From Trichodesmium sp. MAG_R03 (GTDB taxonomy: Bacteria; Cyanobacteriota; Cyanobacteriia; Cyanobacteriales; Microcoleaceae), in the NCBI GenBank assembly GCA_023356535.1, contig JAKQYF010000002.1, positions 712 to 64,711 on the forward strand: DNA of 64,000 nucleotides. Reading direction: 5' to 3'. The first letter of the stretch is position 1; each line of letters starts with the position of its first letter. Both the position numbers and the translations under genes were made by a program. This document shows, piece by piece, positions 9,699 through 21,296 of this stretch. The notes below the pieces were generated by a model. That model was not told the origin of the DNA. It made no database searches and saw nothing but the letters and a program-made list of their open reading frames with translations.

Positions 9699-11123
9699 AT
9701 GGTTGAAAACCTAATTACCTACTTATTTATTGGTGCATATTTACTCTTAACTTTAATCATCGGAATTATTGGTTATCGTAGTCAAAAAAATACACCAGAA
9801 GATTACTTTCTAGCAGATAGAAAAATTGGTTCCATAGTTCTATTTTTTACACTTATTGCCACAAACTTTAGTGCCTTTGCTTTTCTCGGACTTTCTGGTG
9901 CTGGTTATCGTATTGGTATAAGTTATTATCCGATGATAGGATTTGGTACTGCCCTCGTCGGAATTACATTTTATTTCATCGGTTATAAAGTTTGGCTTTT
10001 AGGCAAAGAAAAAGGTTTAATTACTCCCTCAGAATTAATCGCAAATCGCCTCCCTAGTCAACCACTAAAACTAATATTTTTAGCCGTGATGGTAATTTTT
10101 ACCATACCTTACTTAACCCTACAACCAATCGGTGGGGGTTATATGATCGAAAATTTAACTAATGGACAAATTCCCTATTTTTGGGGAGCAGCTTTTTTAA
10201 CTTTCATCATTGTTTTATATGTGTTTGTCGGGGGCATGAAAAGTGTAGCTTTAACCGATGTTTTGCAAGGGGTATTAATGTTGATTTTAATGATAGTTGC
10301 AGTAGTGACTATTTCCCAAAGTATCGGTAGCTTTACTGAAGCTAATCAAACTGTTTATCAACTGAAACCAGATCTTTTTTATCGTTCTGGTATGAATAAT
10401 TTTTTCACTCCTCACAAATGGTTTAGTTATATGTTACTTTGGGGTTTAAGTGTGCCGATGTTTCCCCAAATGTTTATGCGGTTTTATACTCCGAAAACTG
10501 CTAATTCCCTTAAACTTTCTGCTAGTTTATATCCATTAATTACTTGCACAATGTTTATTTGCCCCGTTTTAATTGGAATGTGGGGTCATATTAATTTTCC
10601 CGATTTAATCGGAAAAGAAGCAGATATAATTTTTCCCATGATGTTAGCTGAATATACCTCAACTCCCATGGCTTCATTAGTAATGGTGGGAGCTTTGGCA
10701 GCGTTTATGTCAACCCTTGATTCTCAACTTTTAGCATTAAGTTCTATGATGACTAGGGATATTTATATTGTTTATATTCGTCCTCAAGCAACTCTGACAG
10801 AACAAACTTTTGTGGGTAAAATCTTAATTGTTATTTTAGCAATAATTGGTTTGATTTTAGCAGCAAATCCTCCAGCAACAATTGCGGCGATCGCTACTCA
10901 AGCTTTTACAGGTTTAGCAGTATTATTTCCCACAGTTATTGCTGCTTTGTATGGCAAAAATATTTCACCTTTGAGTTGTATAATTTCTATTATTTTTGGT
11001 GAAATGGCAGTTATTGGTTTTCAGGTAGATATTATTCCTAAAAGTTGGGCTTTAGGATTTCTGCCGGTAGTGCCGATAGTGGTAATTTGTAGTTTAATTA
11101 TTGTCCTTTGTTTGAGAAAGTAG
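9699..11123 (+). CDS. Sodium:solute symporter family protein
   Basis: EDYFLADRKIG, ATNFSAFAFLG, GGMKSVALTDVLQG, AAFMSTLDSQLL. Confidence 0.9.
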   Translation: MVENLITYLFIGAYLLLTLIIGIIGYRSQKNTPEDYFLADRKIGSIVLFFTLIATNFSAFAFLGLSGAGYRIGISYYPMIGFGTALVGITFYFIGYKVWLLGKEKGLITPSELIANRLPSQPLKLIFLAVMVIFTIPYLTLQPIGGGYMIENLTNGQIPYFWGAAFLTFIIVLYVFVGGMKSVALTDVLQGVLMLILMIVAVVTISQSIGSFTEANQTVYQLKPDLFYRSGMNNFFTPHKWFSYMLLWGLSVPMFPQMFMRFYTPKTANSLKLSASLYPLITCTMFICPVLIGMWGHINFPDLIGKEADIIFPMMLAEYTSTPMASLVMVGALAAFMSTLDSQLLALSSMMTRDIYIVYIRPQATLTEQTFVGKILIVILAIIGLILAANPPATIAAIATQAFTGLAVLFPTVIAALYGKNISPLSCIISIIFGEMAVIGFQVDIIPKSWALGFLPVVPIVVICSLIIVLCLRK

Positions 11124-11340
11124 AGACGTTGCATGGAACGTCCGTTATTAGTTGTAATTCTGATTTTAGGGAATATAACTATACCAAATCCGATCCATGA
11201 AAAGCTACTTTCTCTCAATCCTTCTAACCCTCCGGCCTTCTGACTTACCCTTTTAATAAACCTTCTATGTAAACTGGATTTAGTTCACTCTCGTACTGCG
11301 GCCTTTATGTTGAGAAGATAGTTTCGGCATTTGAAAAGAA

Positions 11341-11430
11341 CAGGACTTACAGAATTCTACTAAATATGGTGTGTTGATGATAAATATTTCATATATTTAC
11401 ACTATAATTACTGCCTTTGCGTAAGTCCTG
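11341..11430. mobile_element. Family-A MITE (90 bp)
   Basis: CAGGACTTAC ... GCGTAAGTCCTG. Confidence 0.75.
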
Positions 11431-11490
11431 AAGAAATTGTATAAACTGAACTAAAGTAATTGTTTACTTACCAGAGTAAAGAGGTAATAT

Positions 11491-11930
11491 ATGAATGAAT
11501 TAAAGTATCTTGCTAATTGGGTAAAAGAGCAGCACCCTCAAGAATATATTTTAACTTAGTTATTGAATCAGCCTGGACTTTGGTGGTCTGATGGAGAGGC
11601 ATATCAAGCAGCCTTACAAAAATCTGGGAAGTTACTAAAGGAGTATGTTCAAAAAAACCACATTGAGAATTTATTCCAAGGTATTGCAGAAAAAATTGTA
11701 GATGATGAAAATTGGGATGAGGTTGCTGAGTCTTTGGCAAGAAAAATTTTCTGTTTATCAAGATGCATTGCTGAGATTAGCAGGATTATAGTCGACTAAA
11801 GAATAGTAAAAATATTTTTCAAAAAAATCTGAATAATAATAATTTATCTGTTGAAGATCATGAAAAAATGGAAATACAACAGGCTTTGCCAGACCCATTT
11901 GCTGATGCTTTGACAGAGGAAGTATAAACA
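11491..11930 (+). pseudogene. Degraded gene of unknown function
   Basis: GAGG RBS and ATG at 11491 are in frame with ORF 11563-11799 but interrupted by TAG at 11557-11559. Protein-like pieces continue downstream in other frames. Confidence 0.4.
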
Positions 11931-12172
11931 GTGTTTGTATTGGATATTTGATACACTACCTGTGAACATTTCTAATAAATGTACTCTTTCATTTCCAGCA
12001 ATTAAATATCCTTTTATAAAACTATTTTAGGGACGTCCAATTGAACATCCCTACATTCTTTTTTAGAGATATCTAATTAAAATTTATTGTCACATTCAAG
12101 ACAAAAATTATTAGTAGCAACATTTTTGGCATTACAATTCTTGCAATTAATGAATTCCAACCCTTACTCAAG

Positions 12173-13915
12173 TTATTTGTGAATAGGCAACCCCAGCATT
12201 TGAGCATTACTCTTACCAGGAGCAACCATTGGATAACAATTTTCATTCTTAGTCACACGAGCATCCATCAACACAGGGCCATCGTGAGCTAACATCTCAG
12301 CGATCGCCTCTTTGAGTTGCTCACGACTAGAAATCATCATCCCTTTCACCTCATAAGCTTCAGCCAACTTGACAAAATCAGGCATTCCCACTTCCATATT
12401 AGATGAAGAATAACGCTCACCAAAAAATGCCTGTTGCCACTGACGTACCATACCCTGCCAACCATTATTAATAATCACTGTTTTGACATTAATACCATAA
12501 TGGGCCAGAGTACCTAATTCCTGAATATTCATCTGAATACTAGAATCACCACTAATACAAATCACCTCTTGCTTTGGTAGTGCCACTTTCACACCCATAG
12601 CAGCAGGCATCCCATAACCCATCGTACCCAAACCTCCACTAGAAATCCATTGTCGAGGACCATTTTTCAGAAATTGAGCTGCCCACATTTGATGCTGACC
12701 AATATCAGTAGTATAGTAAGCATCTGGAGCCATTTTGCCAATTTCATTAATCACTTCTTGGGGCGACATACTATCTGAGTATTGGGGGACGACTAATGGA
12801 TAATCTTGTTTCCAACGGTTAATACGTTCTAACCAAGGTTGAGTTTGATTATAATTAACATGATCATTAGTCTTGTGACAACGACCTAACATATCGACCA
12901 ACACTTGGCGCACATCTCCTACGATGGGAACATCAGGAGTTCGGTTTTTGCCCACTTCTGCGGGGTCAATATCAATATGAATTACTTTAGCGTGACAAGC
13001 AAATTGGTCTAACTTTCCTGTTACTCGGTCATCAAAACGGGCACCAACAGCAATTAACAAGTCACACTCACTCACAGCATAGTTGGCATAAGCAGTGCCG
13101 TGCATTCCTAACATTCCCACAGATAGGAAATGATGTTCACTAAAAGCACCTTTTCCCATCAAGGTAGTAGTCACAGGAATATTAAAATGTTCTGCTAATT
13201 CTTGAATTTCTGCATGAGCACCAGCAGAAATTGCACCACCACCTATATACAATAAAGGGCGATGTGCTTCTCGAATTAAATTAATTGCTTGGCTAATCTG
13301 GCGAGGATTGCCTTTGAGGGTGGGACGATATCCAGGTAGTCTGATAGAATCAGGTTCTACTGGTTCATACTCAAATTCTTCTAATCCTACGTCCTTGGGT
13401 ACGTCAATCAAGACTGGACCTGGACGACCTGTACTAGCAATATGGAATGCTTCAGCAACAATCATGGCCATATCCCTAGGGTCTCGAACAACATAAGAAT
13501 GTTTGACTATGGGTAAGGTAATACCATAAATGTCTGTTTCTTGGAAGGCATCAGTACCAATCATTGGTCGGCCTACTTGCCCTGTAATTATAACCATGGG
13601 AATTGAGTCCATATGAGCAGTAGCAATACCTGTTACTAGGTTTGTTGCTCCAGGACCTGATGTAGCAAAACATACACCTACTTTCCCAGTGGCGCGGGCA
13701 TATCCATCGGCGGCATGGGAGGCTCCTTGTTCATGTCGGACTAGGATATGTTGTAAGTCTCCGGTGGCTTCTACGTGGTAAAGTTCGTCGTAGATTGGCA
13801 AAATAGCACCACCTGGGTAGCCAAATATGTGTTTAACTCCATGACGTTTAAGACTATCTATTAGCGCAAAGGCACCAGTAGCTTGCTTGATGGTTACTTT
13901 TGTTTGTAACTGCAC
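12173..13915 (-). CDS. ilvB: Acetolactate synthase large subunit, biosynthetic
   Basis: [51 protein letters not shown]. Confidence 0.95.
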   Translation of the reverse strand: MQLQTKVTIKQATGAFALIDSLKRHGVKHIFGYPGGAILPIYDELYHVEATGDLQHILVRHEQGASHAADGYARATGKVGVCFATSGPGATNLVTGIATAHMDSIPMVIITGQVGRPMIGTDAFQETDIYGITLPIVKHSYVVRDPRDMAMIVAEAFHIASTGRPGPVLIDVPKDVGLEEFEYEPVEPDSIRLPGYRPTLKGNPRQISQAINLIREAHRPLLYIGGGAISAGAHAEIQELAEHFNIPVTTTLMGKGAFSEHHFLSVGMLGMHGTAYANYAVSECDLLIAVGARFDDRVTGKLDQFACHAKVIHIDIDPAEVGKNRTPDVPIVGDVRQVLVDMLGRCHKTNDHVNYNQTQPWLERINRWKQDYPLVVPQYSDSMSPQEVINEIGKMAPDAYYTTDIGQHQMWAAQFLKNGPRQWISSGGLGTMGYGMPAAMGVKVALPKQEVICISGDSSIQMNIQELGTLAHYGINVKTVIINNGWQGMVRQWQQAFFGERYSSSNMEVGMPDFVKLAEAYEVKGMMISSREQLKEAIAEMLAHDGPVLMDARVTKNENCYPMVAPGKSNAQMLGLPIHK

Positions 13916-14324
13916 TGTTTATTCCTCTCAAGATACTTTTATAATTAAACTTATAATTTTATTATAATTTTAATCGAAAATGTGATTTGATATGAGGGCT
14001 TTTTGAGATAAATTCTAGAAAGGTTTAAGATTTTGTATATTATTTTTTTTGGTACTTTTAAGATTTTGATAGCCCCTTCAAAAGCCTGTTGGATAAATAA
14101 ATAAATAAATAAATATTTACAGCGTTTTCCGTTATTATGAGGTATACTAGCGTGGGCTAGATACCAGCAATACATGATTTTCACCATTTACCTTGTATAT
14201 CATTTTTCCGAAATCTGCTGTATTTATAAACAAGTATTTATTTATTGATAAACAAGGCCCATGTGGCGGTGATATTGAAGGATGGCATCCTGATAAATGA
14301 GTAGACTTAAAACTTATATTGTAA

Positions 14325-14675
<351 letters not shown>

Positions 14676-14695
14676 TTATAGAGGCAGATTTTGTC

Positions 14696-14801
14696 TGACG
14701 GCATATTTCTGGTAAATTAGGTACAGGATAAATTATGAAAATATTGTAGTGCAGGCATCTTGCCCGTGTAAGTGTACCTCACGAAAGCGCAATACGCTAT
14801 A
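14696..14801. mobile_element. Family-B MITE (~105 bp)
   Basis: Homologous to 22856-22960, 26813-26919, 54102-54206 and 56564-56668. Confidence 0.7.
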
Positions 14802-14859
14802 TGTATTAGTTTATAAGTAGTTCATGACCTGCTATCAGTAAGACGGTCAGTGAAAGATT

Positions 14860-14964
14860 CAGGACTTAGGCACCAAAATAAGAAACCTGGTTTATGGCTG
14901 TGATTATTGTCTGGAGCACTAATGCAGACTTTCGTCTTATAAGCTGGTTTCTGCCTTAGTTCTA
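14860..14964. mobile_element. Family-A MITE; a further left end starts at 14972
   Basis: CAGGACTTAGGCA ... GCCTTAGTTCTA. Confidence 0.6.
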
Positions 14965-15102
14965 AGATTATCAGGACTTACGGAAAGACACTATATATAG
15001 CGCATGAAATTTCGACGAACTTCACTATAGTCACGTGCGTTAGCGGAGCTTTGCGTTAGCAATCGCCTAACTATTTTATGCAAAAAACCTTAGTTTTTCA
15101 AG

Positions 15103-16078
15103 TCAAATAACCTTCATTTTAATTGAAGGATGTTGCAATTGGTCGGTTAGATATTTTGATAATAATCCGTGCTTAACTTTATAAATACTTTGACCTATTT
15201 TAGAAGCAAATCTTTTTAAAAAGTTCCACACTAACATTGCACAAGCAATATGATTCTTTTGAATTATTCGCAGACGACACTGACAAAATCCTAAACCTGT
15301 TAATTGCTTAATTTCTCTGTGAAATTCTTCGATTTTCCATCGAGTTTGAGATTCAAACTCTACATCATAAGAGTGATGATTGAGTTAAGTCATTAGTGAC
15401 AATATATTCTGTTCTGTTGGCAGATACAGTAGCCCAAAATATTTTCACCTTTTTGCAGAGTGGAAACCCTTTAATTTTAATTATTTTTCCTGAAGATTTT
15501 TCAGCTTCATTCCAATTTAAGTCTTGAACTTTTTTGTATTTTTCTACACCATGTGTATCATCAACTAAACGATTACTTTTTAAAGGACAATAGTAAATTT
15601 TTCCTAAATTATCTATTAATCCCATTAATCTTTGTGTTGCATACCAACTATCCATTAATACTGTTTTAAATGGTATTTTCTTATTGTTTATGGCATTAAG
15701 CATCATCTCTTCAACATGATCTATTTTTGTTTTCTTATCAGTATCTGGGTCATAAATCCTATAATCTATAATCCATAATTGTTCATTTTGAGGATTAAAA
15801 TATATACAATTAACTATTCCTATACCATGTTAGCGCAGCTGTGCGGAACGCAAACAACTTGATGTTCATTACCACTATATTGTCGTCGTGCAATCTCAAT
15901 CTTATGCCCATACTTTTTACTAATTACTGTGTCATCAAAAATTAAATAAGCTTCTGTATCTGAAACAAACTCTTCTTTTTCATGTGCGAAGCAAACATTT
16001 CGCCATAAATCTTCTGAGTTTAAAAACTCTGTTCTTAAATAGCGATTTATTTTATCATGGCTAATCCGGTTGAATAGG
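15103..16078 (-). pseudogene. IS701-family transposase, 5'-truncated and frameshifted
   Basis: Pieces SHDKINRYL, LIFDDTVISK, YSGNEHQVV/HGIG, VLMDSWYAT and RWKIEEFHREIKQLTG lie in three frames; stop at 15103-15105. Confidence 0.85.
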
Positions 16079-16080
16079 TA

Positions 16081-16227
16081 TAAATAAATTAGGTAGAAGT
16101 AGGGGCGAACGGCCGCTTTGCTTACGCATACTTCGTTAACGCTGCGCGATATGAAACGCCCATATAGGAGTCAGGAGAGAAGAGGAGAAAGTTTTTATCA
16201 CTAATTATCCGGACATGATATAAGTCC
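16081..16227. repeat. Family-D ~150-bp repeat (REP-like GTAGGGGCGAACGGCC hairpin with insert), copy 1
   Basis: Highly similar direct copy at 31001-31148. Confidence 0.8.
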
Positions 16228-16389
16228 CATAACGTAATTTTAATGGCTATTAACCCTCTTTGAATCAGCTGCAAATTTTTATTATTCAGACTTACAGAAC
16301 ATTTGCGGATATACTTAGCACAAATATCAAAAAAGGCCTCACCCGATCAGCCGGCATTTAACTACAAGACTTTTACCCAGCATTTAAAG

Positions 16390-16719
16390 TTAATGATTAT
16401 TTTTGCAAAGCTGGGCTGGCAAGGGGTTAATATTTTTGTATTCTGCTAAATATTTTTCTAAGATTTCCAACTGAGATAAATTAAGACTGTAATATATCCA
16501 ACGACCATTCTGGCGATTTTTAACTAAAGATGCTTCCCTAAGATTTTTTAGATGAAAAGATAGTTTTGACTGGGGAACATTCAGGCGATCGCATAGATCA
16601 CAGACACATAACTCTTGTGCCCACAACAGTTCTAATATTTGTATTCGTAAGGGGTCAGAAAGTGCATGAAAACTTGTGGCGACAAAAGTAGGAGATAATT
16701 TTAGAAATGTTTGTAACAT
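16390..16719 (-). CDS. arsR: ArsR/SmtB-family repressor with ELCVCDL site
   Basis: ALSDPLRIQIL, ELCVCDLC, QSKLSFHLKNL, GRWIYYSL. Confidence 0.85.
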   Translation of the reverse strand: MLQTFLKLSPTFVATSFHALSDPLRIQILELLWAQELCVCDLCDRLNVPQSKLSFHLKNLREASLVKNRQNGRWIYYSLNLSQLEILEKYLAEYKNINPLPAQLCKNNH

Positions 16720-16734
16720 TAATTTTTAGGATGA

Positions 16735-16811
16735 GGAGTAATAGTTGACCAAAAACCTTAATAAACCTTTTCAAAGCTCCTAATATAATAATTATGTAAC
16801 TTTAAAAAGTT
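16735..16811. repeat. ~77-bp dispersed repeat (IS-end-like), inverted copy at 25030-25107
   Basis: CCTTAATAAACCTTTTCAAAGCTCCTAATAT matches the reverse complement of 25054-25085. Confidence 0.7.
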
Positions 16812-16833
16812 TGTCGAAAGATCCATCAATTCT

Positions 16834-16862
16834 TTGACAAAAACTATTAAGTCAAGCATAAT
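16834..16862 (+). promoter_or_regulatory. Near-consensus sigma70 promoter divergent from arsR
   Basis: TTGACA-17 bp-CATAAT, overlapped by a TTGAC-N12-GTCAA inverted repeat. Confidence 0.5.
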
Positions 16863-17313
16863 ATCCTGTGGTTAGTAAATCGTTTAACAGGGAAACAATC
16901 CCACCTGGCCAAGAACTAAAATTGATCTTTGGTATAAATGGTCGTAAGTTAAGGGACGTTATTTGAATAAATGGTCGTAAGTTAAGCAACGTTAAATAAT
17001 GGACAGTTAGACGCTATAGTGCGGATTAGAGTAGGCTTATAGTCTACCAAGCTGTTAATAACCATGGGTCCTGTTGTTCAAACTAGACTTTGCCGGCAAC
17101 AGCCATTGTTTTAACTGGTGATGCTATACAGATTCAAGGTGCATAGCTTTGAATAGGTTAGATGTTGCACTTGCTGATTTAATTACACATCTCTAGAAAT
17201 TAAATATTTATTTTTTCAAACTATTAAAGGGAAGTTAAATGTAACTTTCTTACATTCTTTTTCGGAGATGTCTATTACAAATAACCAATTTTGATTATAT
17301 CATATTGTCAACA

Positions 17314-18300
17314 TTACACTAATGCGCCACCGCAGCTAGACCCACAACCGGCGGTACAACTATAACAATAATTTGCTGTCTGTACTTGTTCAATTATGTC
17401 TAAACTATTACCTTCTAATAACTTAGCCACTGTAATTTTTTGACCTTTCCTTGTTTGAGTCGGAATATTTTCCATTTGATTAAAGTCACAGTCATAAACA
17501 TTACCTAAATAATCAATTGACAACTCATTGCGGCACATTAAATTTTCTATAGTCTCACCATTAAAATTTGCCTCTAAGAAGTCTAAATAAGGTTGATATA
17601 TCTTGAGGTTTTCCAAAAATAGTTTAGTTCTACCTATAGGTAAATTAGTCATTGTGAATAATTGATTAAATTTGACGTTAAAATGTTTTTTTAAATAATT
17701 CTTATAATCTTGTTCTAGATTTTGTTGATTAGGAACAAGTACAAACTTATCACTCTTGGGAACTGGAGGATTATAAACTAAATCTAAGATCAGACTTTGA
17801 TTTTTTCCATATCCTAATCTATTTAACCATTGCAATGCCCGAATAGATTTATTATACACACCATTACCACGCATTTTATCTACATTATCTTCTAAATAAC
17901 AAGGCAACGATGCAATAATTCTGAGTTGATTTTCAGCGCAATATTCTGGAATATCTTCAAATCCTGGCGCAAAATAAATTGTCAAATTAGAACGAACAAT
18001 TACTTCTTTATTATTAGCTATTGCAGCTTCAACTAAGGGTTGAAAACCATAATTCATTTCTGGTGCACCCCCAGTTAAATCAACTGTTTGAATTTGAGGA
18101 AATTTATTAATTAACTCAATTAATTGTGCACAAATTTTTGGAGTCAGTTCTTCTGTTCTTTTTGGGCTAGCTTCTACATGACAATGACTACAGGCTAGGT
18201 TACAACGTTTACCAAGATTAATCTGTAAAACAGTAATTTTTTTCTTAGTTAAAGCTGTGCCTACTTTAGTTAGGAAAGGAGTGAAAGCTGTTTGAATCAT
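17314..18300 (-). CDS. arsS: Arsenosugar biosynthesis-type radical SAM protein ArsS
   Basis: LQINLGKRCNLACSHC, DLTGGAPEMN, YDCDFNQM, C-terminal CYSCTAGCGSSCGGAL. Confidence 0.85.
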   Translation of the reverse strand: MIQTAFTPFLTKVGTALTKKKITVLQINLGKRCNLACSHCHVEASPKRTEELTPKICAQLIELINKFPQIQTVDLTGGAPEMNYGFQPLVEAAIANNKEVIVRSNLTIYFAPGFEDIPEYCAENQLRIIASLPCYLEDNVDKMRGNGVYNKSIRALQWLNRLGYGKNQSLILDLVYNPPVPKSDKFVLVPNQQNLEQDYKNYLKKHFNVKFNQLFTMTNLPIGRTKLFLENLKIYQPYLDFLEANFNGETIENLMCRNELSIDYLGNVYDCDFNQMENIPTQTRKGQKITVAKLLEGNSLDIIEQVQTANYCYSCTAGCGSSCGGALV

Positions 18301-18395
18301 TGTAATAAATTTTAATAATCAATAAAAAAATATCTCAGAAGTCTTACTAAATTTTATTGACAATAGAAAGTAAGGAAATTATAGCTGAATAAGTT

Positions 18396-18647
18396 TCATT
18401 GTCCTAAATTTATTTGCTGTTGATTAGGAGGAGTTGTCAACCCAGTTTTATCAAGAATATAGACTACTCCAACTGATAAAATTGCCCCTACTACTAACCC
18501 AACTGCTATTAACATTAAAATAAACCGTTCTAGCATTACCTTAGTTTCAGGATTATAAGCTTCTATGATTTCCATTTGGTCATTTTCTTCTGGCTCAACT
18601 AAATTATTATCGAGAGCTTGAGAATTGGAATTAGGGATTCTATGCAT
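18396..18647 (-). CDS. Small single-TM hypothetical protein
   Basis: 83 aa; acidic N-terminus, hydrophobic ILMLIAVGLVVGAILSVGVVYIL. Confidence 0.6.
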   Translation of the reverse strand: MHRIPNSNSQALDNNLVEPEENDQMEIIEAYNPETKVMLERFILMLIAVGLVVGAILSVGVVYILDKTGLTTPPNQQQINLGQ

Positions 18648-18993
18648 TGGTACTTAAGTTAAACTTTCAATAAGAAAAGGAGTAGGCAGCAGGGAAAACC
18701 CTGGCTCTTTATTTAATTTTCTTTATATAGTAAAATCCTGGTCTTCCCTAACTATAAAAAAGTTAATTATAAATTCATTAACTTCTCTGTCTTTATCTAT
18801 ATTCCTAACACAGTAAATAGTAGATAGGGATGGAAAACACTTAGTAAGAGAGCAAGATGCTCCGACTGTTGCCTTAACCAAAATAATTACAATAGACCAC
18901 CATTACAATTAAGATTAACTGATAGCCTATTTCATTCATAACTGTTACTTCTCGTTAGAGACTAATTTATTCTTCAATGTGGCAATGAGTTAG

Positions 18994-19121
18994 TAAGCCT
19001 TTGTGCATTTAAACGACTTATTGTTATATGCCTCTTTCCGAATAAAAAACCCTTCTAAATTATGAATTCTAAATTCTAAATTCTAGCTTACTAATACGCA
19101 CTTTAAATGAGTATTAGCTTA
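18994..19121. mobile_element. Family-E MITE copy 1
   Basis: TAAGCCTTTGTGCATTTAAA ... TTTAAATGAGTATTAGCTTA; direct copy at 20998-21117. Confidence 0.75.
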
Positions 19122-19148
19122 ACCCATTGCTAATAGCTAAATACTTAA

Positions 19149-20387
19149 TCAGCCACAATCAGAATCAGAAGGAATACAACAATCACTATTATTATTATTA
19201 ATGTTTTTTATTTCATAATCTAAGCCTTTAGTTTCTCTAGGATGCCGAATTGTGGCACCTCTACAATTAAAATTTTCTGCCACATCTAAAGGAATATTTG
19301 TATAAGCTTCAACAGGCAAAATATCATGATGATAAGGACCATTTTTATCTGTATAAATATGGAAAGTTTTATCACAAACAGCCATTCTTTTACCTCTATA
19401 TAAAGTATGACTATCATCATCAACTACTTGTTTCCACGGACCTTTATAAATCACAGCTTGATTGCGTTCTAAACATTCTCCTTCTTTTCCTTTAAAAGCT
19501 CGAACTGTCAAAGAACGAAATTCTATTCCATGAATAACTTGCCAGGGTTTTGTCTCACGTTTAAGAATTTCAATGCCATAAAAACCAGCTTCTGCAAACA
19601 TTTCCAGAAAAATATCTTCTCGAAATGCGCCAGCAATACAGCCACTCCATAATTCCGAGTCATTCATAATTTTTGGAGTGGGGTTTTCATCGCAGACAAT
19701 ATCAGAAATAACTGCTCGACCTCCTCGCTTTAATACTCTATAAATTTCATCAAATAGTTTCTGTTTTTCTTGGGGGCAGACTAAGTTCAAAACACAGTTA
19801 GAAATTACGACATCAACACTATGATCTGGAATTAAAGGTTGTTCTCTGCGGAGAATATTACATTCATATTCAAAAGCAGCTAAAGCATCAATAGATGTAA
19901 TTGGATTTGTAGTAAGCAAGTTTTGAACTAAGTCTAAATCTAAAGCTAAATCTTGAATTTTTCCTTTAACAAACTTAGTATTTTGATATCCAATTTTTGC
20001 AGCGATTTCAGCTTGATATTTTCGAGATAATGCTAACATATCATCATTAAAATCTACCCCGATAACCTGCCCCTCTGCACCAACTTTTTGAGCAATAATA
20101 TAGCAATTTTTTCCAGCGCCCGAACCTAAATCTATGACTGTTTCTCCAGTTAATATATAGCGGGTAGGATCTCCACAACCATAATCTTTTTCAATAATTT
20201 CTAAAGGTAAAATATCGAGATAGTTTTCCTCATACTCAGTTGGGCAACATAGGTCACTTTGTACCTTTTGAGCACCTTCTTGATAACGTTCTAAAACTAC
20301 ACTTTCAATTTCTAAATTAGTAGTTAATTTTTCATTCCTAGTTGTATTGGTCATTGATAAATCTTGCTCAAAGTTTTCCCAATTCAT
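19149..20387 (-). CDS. arsM: ArsM-family (arsenite) SAM-dependent methyltransferase
   Basis: LCCP, DYGCGDP, IDLGSGAG, ISNCVLN, WSGCIAGA. ATG 20387 or 20354 is more likely than the TTG 20453 of the ORF track. Confidence 0.75.
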   Translation of the reverse strand: MNWENFEQDLSMTNTTRNEKLTTNLEIESVVLERYQEGAQKVQSDLCCPTEYEENYLDILPLEIIEKDYGCGDPTRYILTGETVIDLGSGAGKNCYIIAQKVGAEGQVIGVDFNDDMLALSRKYQAEIAAKIGYQNTKFVKGKIQDLALDLDLVQNLLTTNPITSIDALAAFEYECNILRREQPLIPDHSVDVVISNCVLNLVCPQEKQKLFDEIYRVLKRGGRAVISDIVCDENPTPKIMNDSELWSGCIAGAFREDIFLEMFAEAGFYGIEILKRETKPWQVIHGIEFRSLTVRAFKGKEGECLERNQAVIYKGPWKQVVDDDSHTLYRGKRMAVCDKTFHIYTDKNGPYHHDILPVEAYTNIPLDVAENFNCRGATIRHPRETKGLDYEIKNINNNNSDCCIPSDSDCG

Positions 20388-20997
20388 TATGTTTACCAAA
20401 TAATTAACCAAAAGTTTACAAAATTTAGAGTAGATTTTTGACCATTTTCTCAAGTTATACCAGCAACAAAATTATTTAAAACACTTTTAGATGAATATTT
20501 GCTGAGAAAAATTAAAAAATTAGATAAGAAGCATAAACAAAATTTTGTTTAGATTAAGAATTTTATATAGTAATAAAGTTACTTTTGATAACCGAATTTG
20601 GTAGTATTTTAAAATACTATATTAAGAATAAGCAATTCTAATTAATATCCTCAGCTTTGCACCTAAATTTATTAAACTGGCATAAAATCTAAAACTTTAC
20701 ACTTACTACCGTATGTCATAGCCTATATCTAAAGCAAGTTAAAAATTAGATTAGAGGTATATTGGCAAAAAAAAAACAATAAAGTACAACTCACTTATCA
20801 TAGCATAGTTTTCCATCTATTCTATAGTTTTATTTTGTTTGAATTTTAATTTTGATTAAAAAATCAAATTATGCTCAACTTCATCATGGCCAAGGCATAT
20901 TATCAATAAGCTGGTGGTCCTTATTAATAAACTAGGCTTTATTGTGCTTGTTGACATATGCAAGAAACTAGTCCAATAATCATTAGAATCAAACTTT

Positions 20998-21117
20998 TAA
21001 GCTTTTGTGCATTTAAACGACTTATTGTTGTATGCCTCGTTCAGAGAAAAAGCCCTTCTAAATTATAAATTAGAAATTCTAGCTTACTAATATGCATTTA
21101 AAATGAGTATTAGCTTA
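20998..21117. mobile_element. Family-E MITE copy 2
   Basis: Direct repeat of 18994-19121. Confidence 0.75.
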
Positions 21118-21296
21118 TTTACTGACTTGTTGATTATAACCTAATTTTCCTTACTCCATCTTACCAAGAACTTTGGTGAACATTAATGAAAATCAGATAA
21201 GAAGATGATTAAATCACACTGAAAAATAATACTTTGATTTGTAAAAAGGATTATCATATCAATTCAGTACAAAGATAGTTTTCAAGTTTACAAACA

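Noticed and set aside
16870..17200. Possible decayed ArsJ-associated GAPDH (GING..., ATAIVL fragments)
   Set aside because: Matches are only 4-6 residues with many stops and cannot be supported without BLASTx
17019..17300. GTGCG as a possible group II intron 5' end
   Set aside because: No domain V/VI (GAGCCG...GTACGGTTC) or RT remnant found
17314..17360. Selenocysteine in the ArsS C-terminal motif
   Set aside because: The motif is fully Cys-encoded (AGCGSSCGG) with no in-frame TGA
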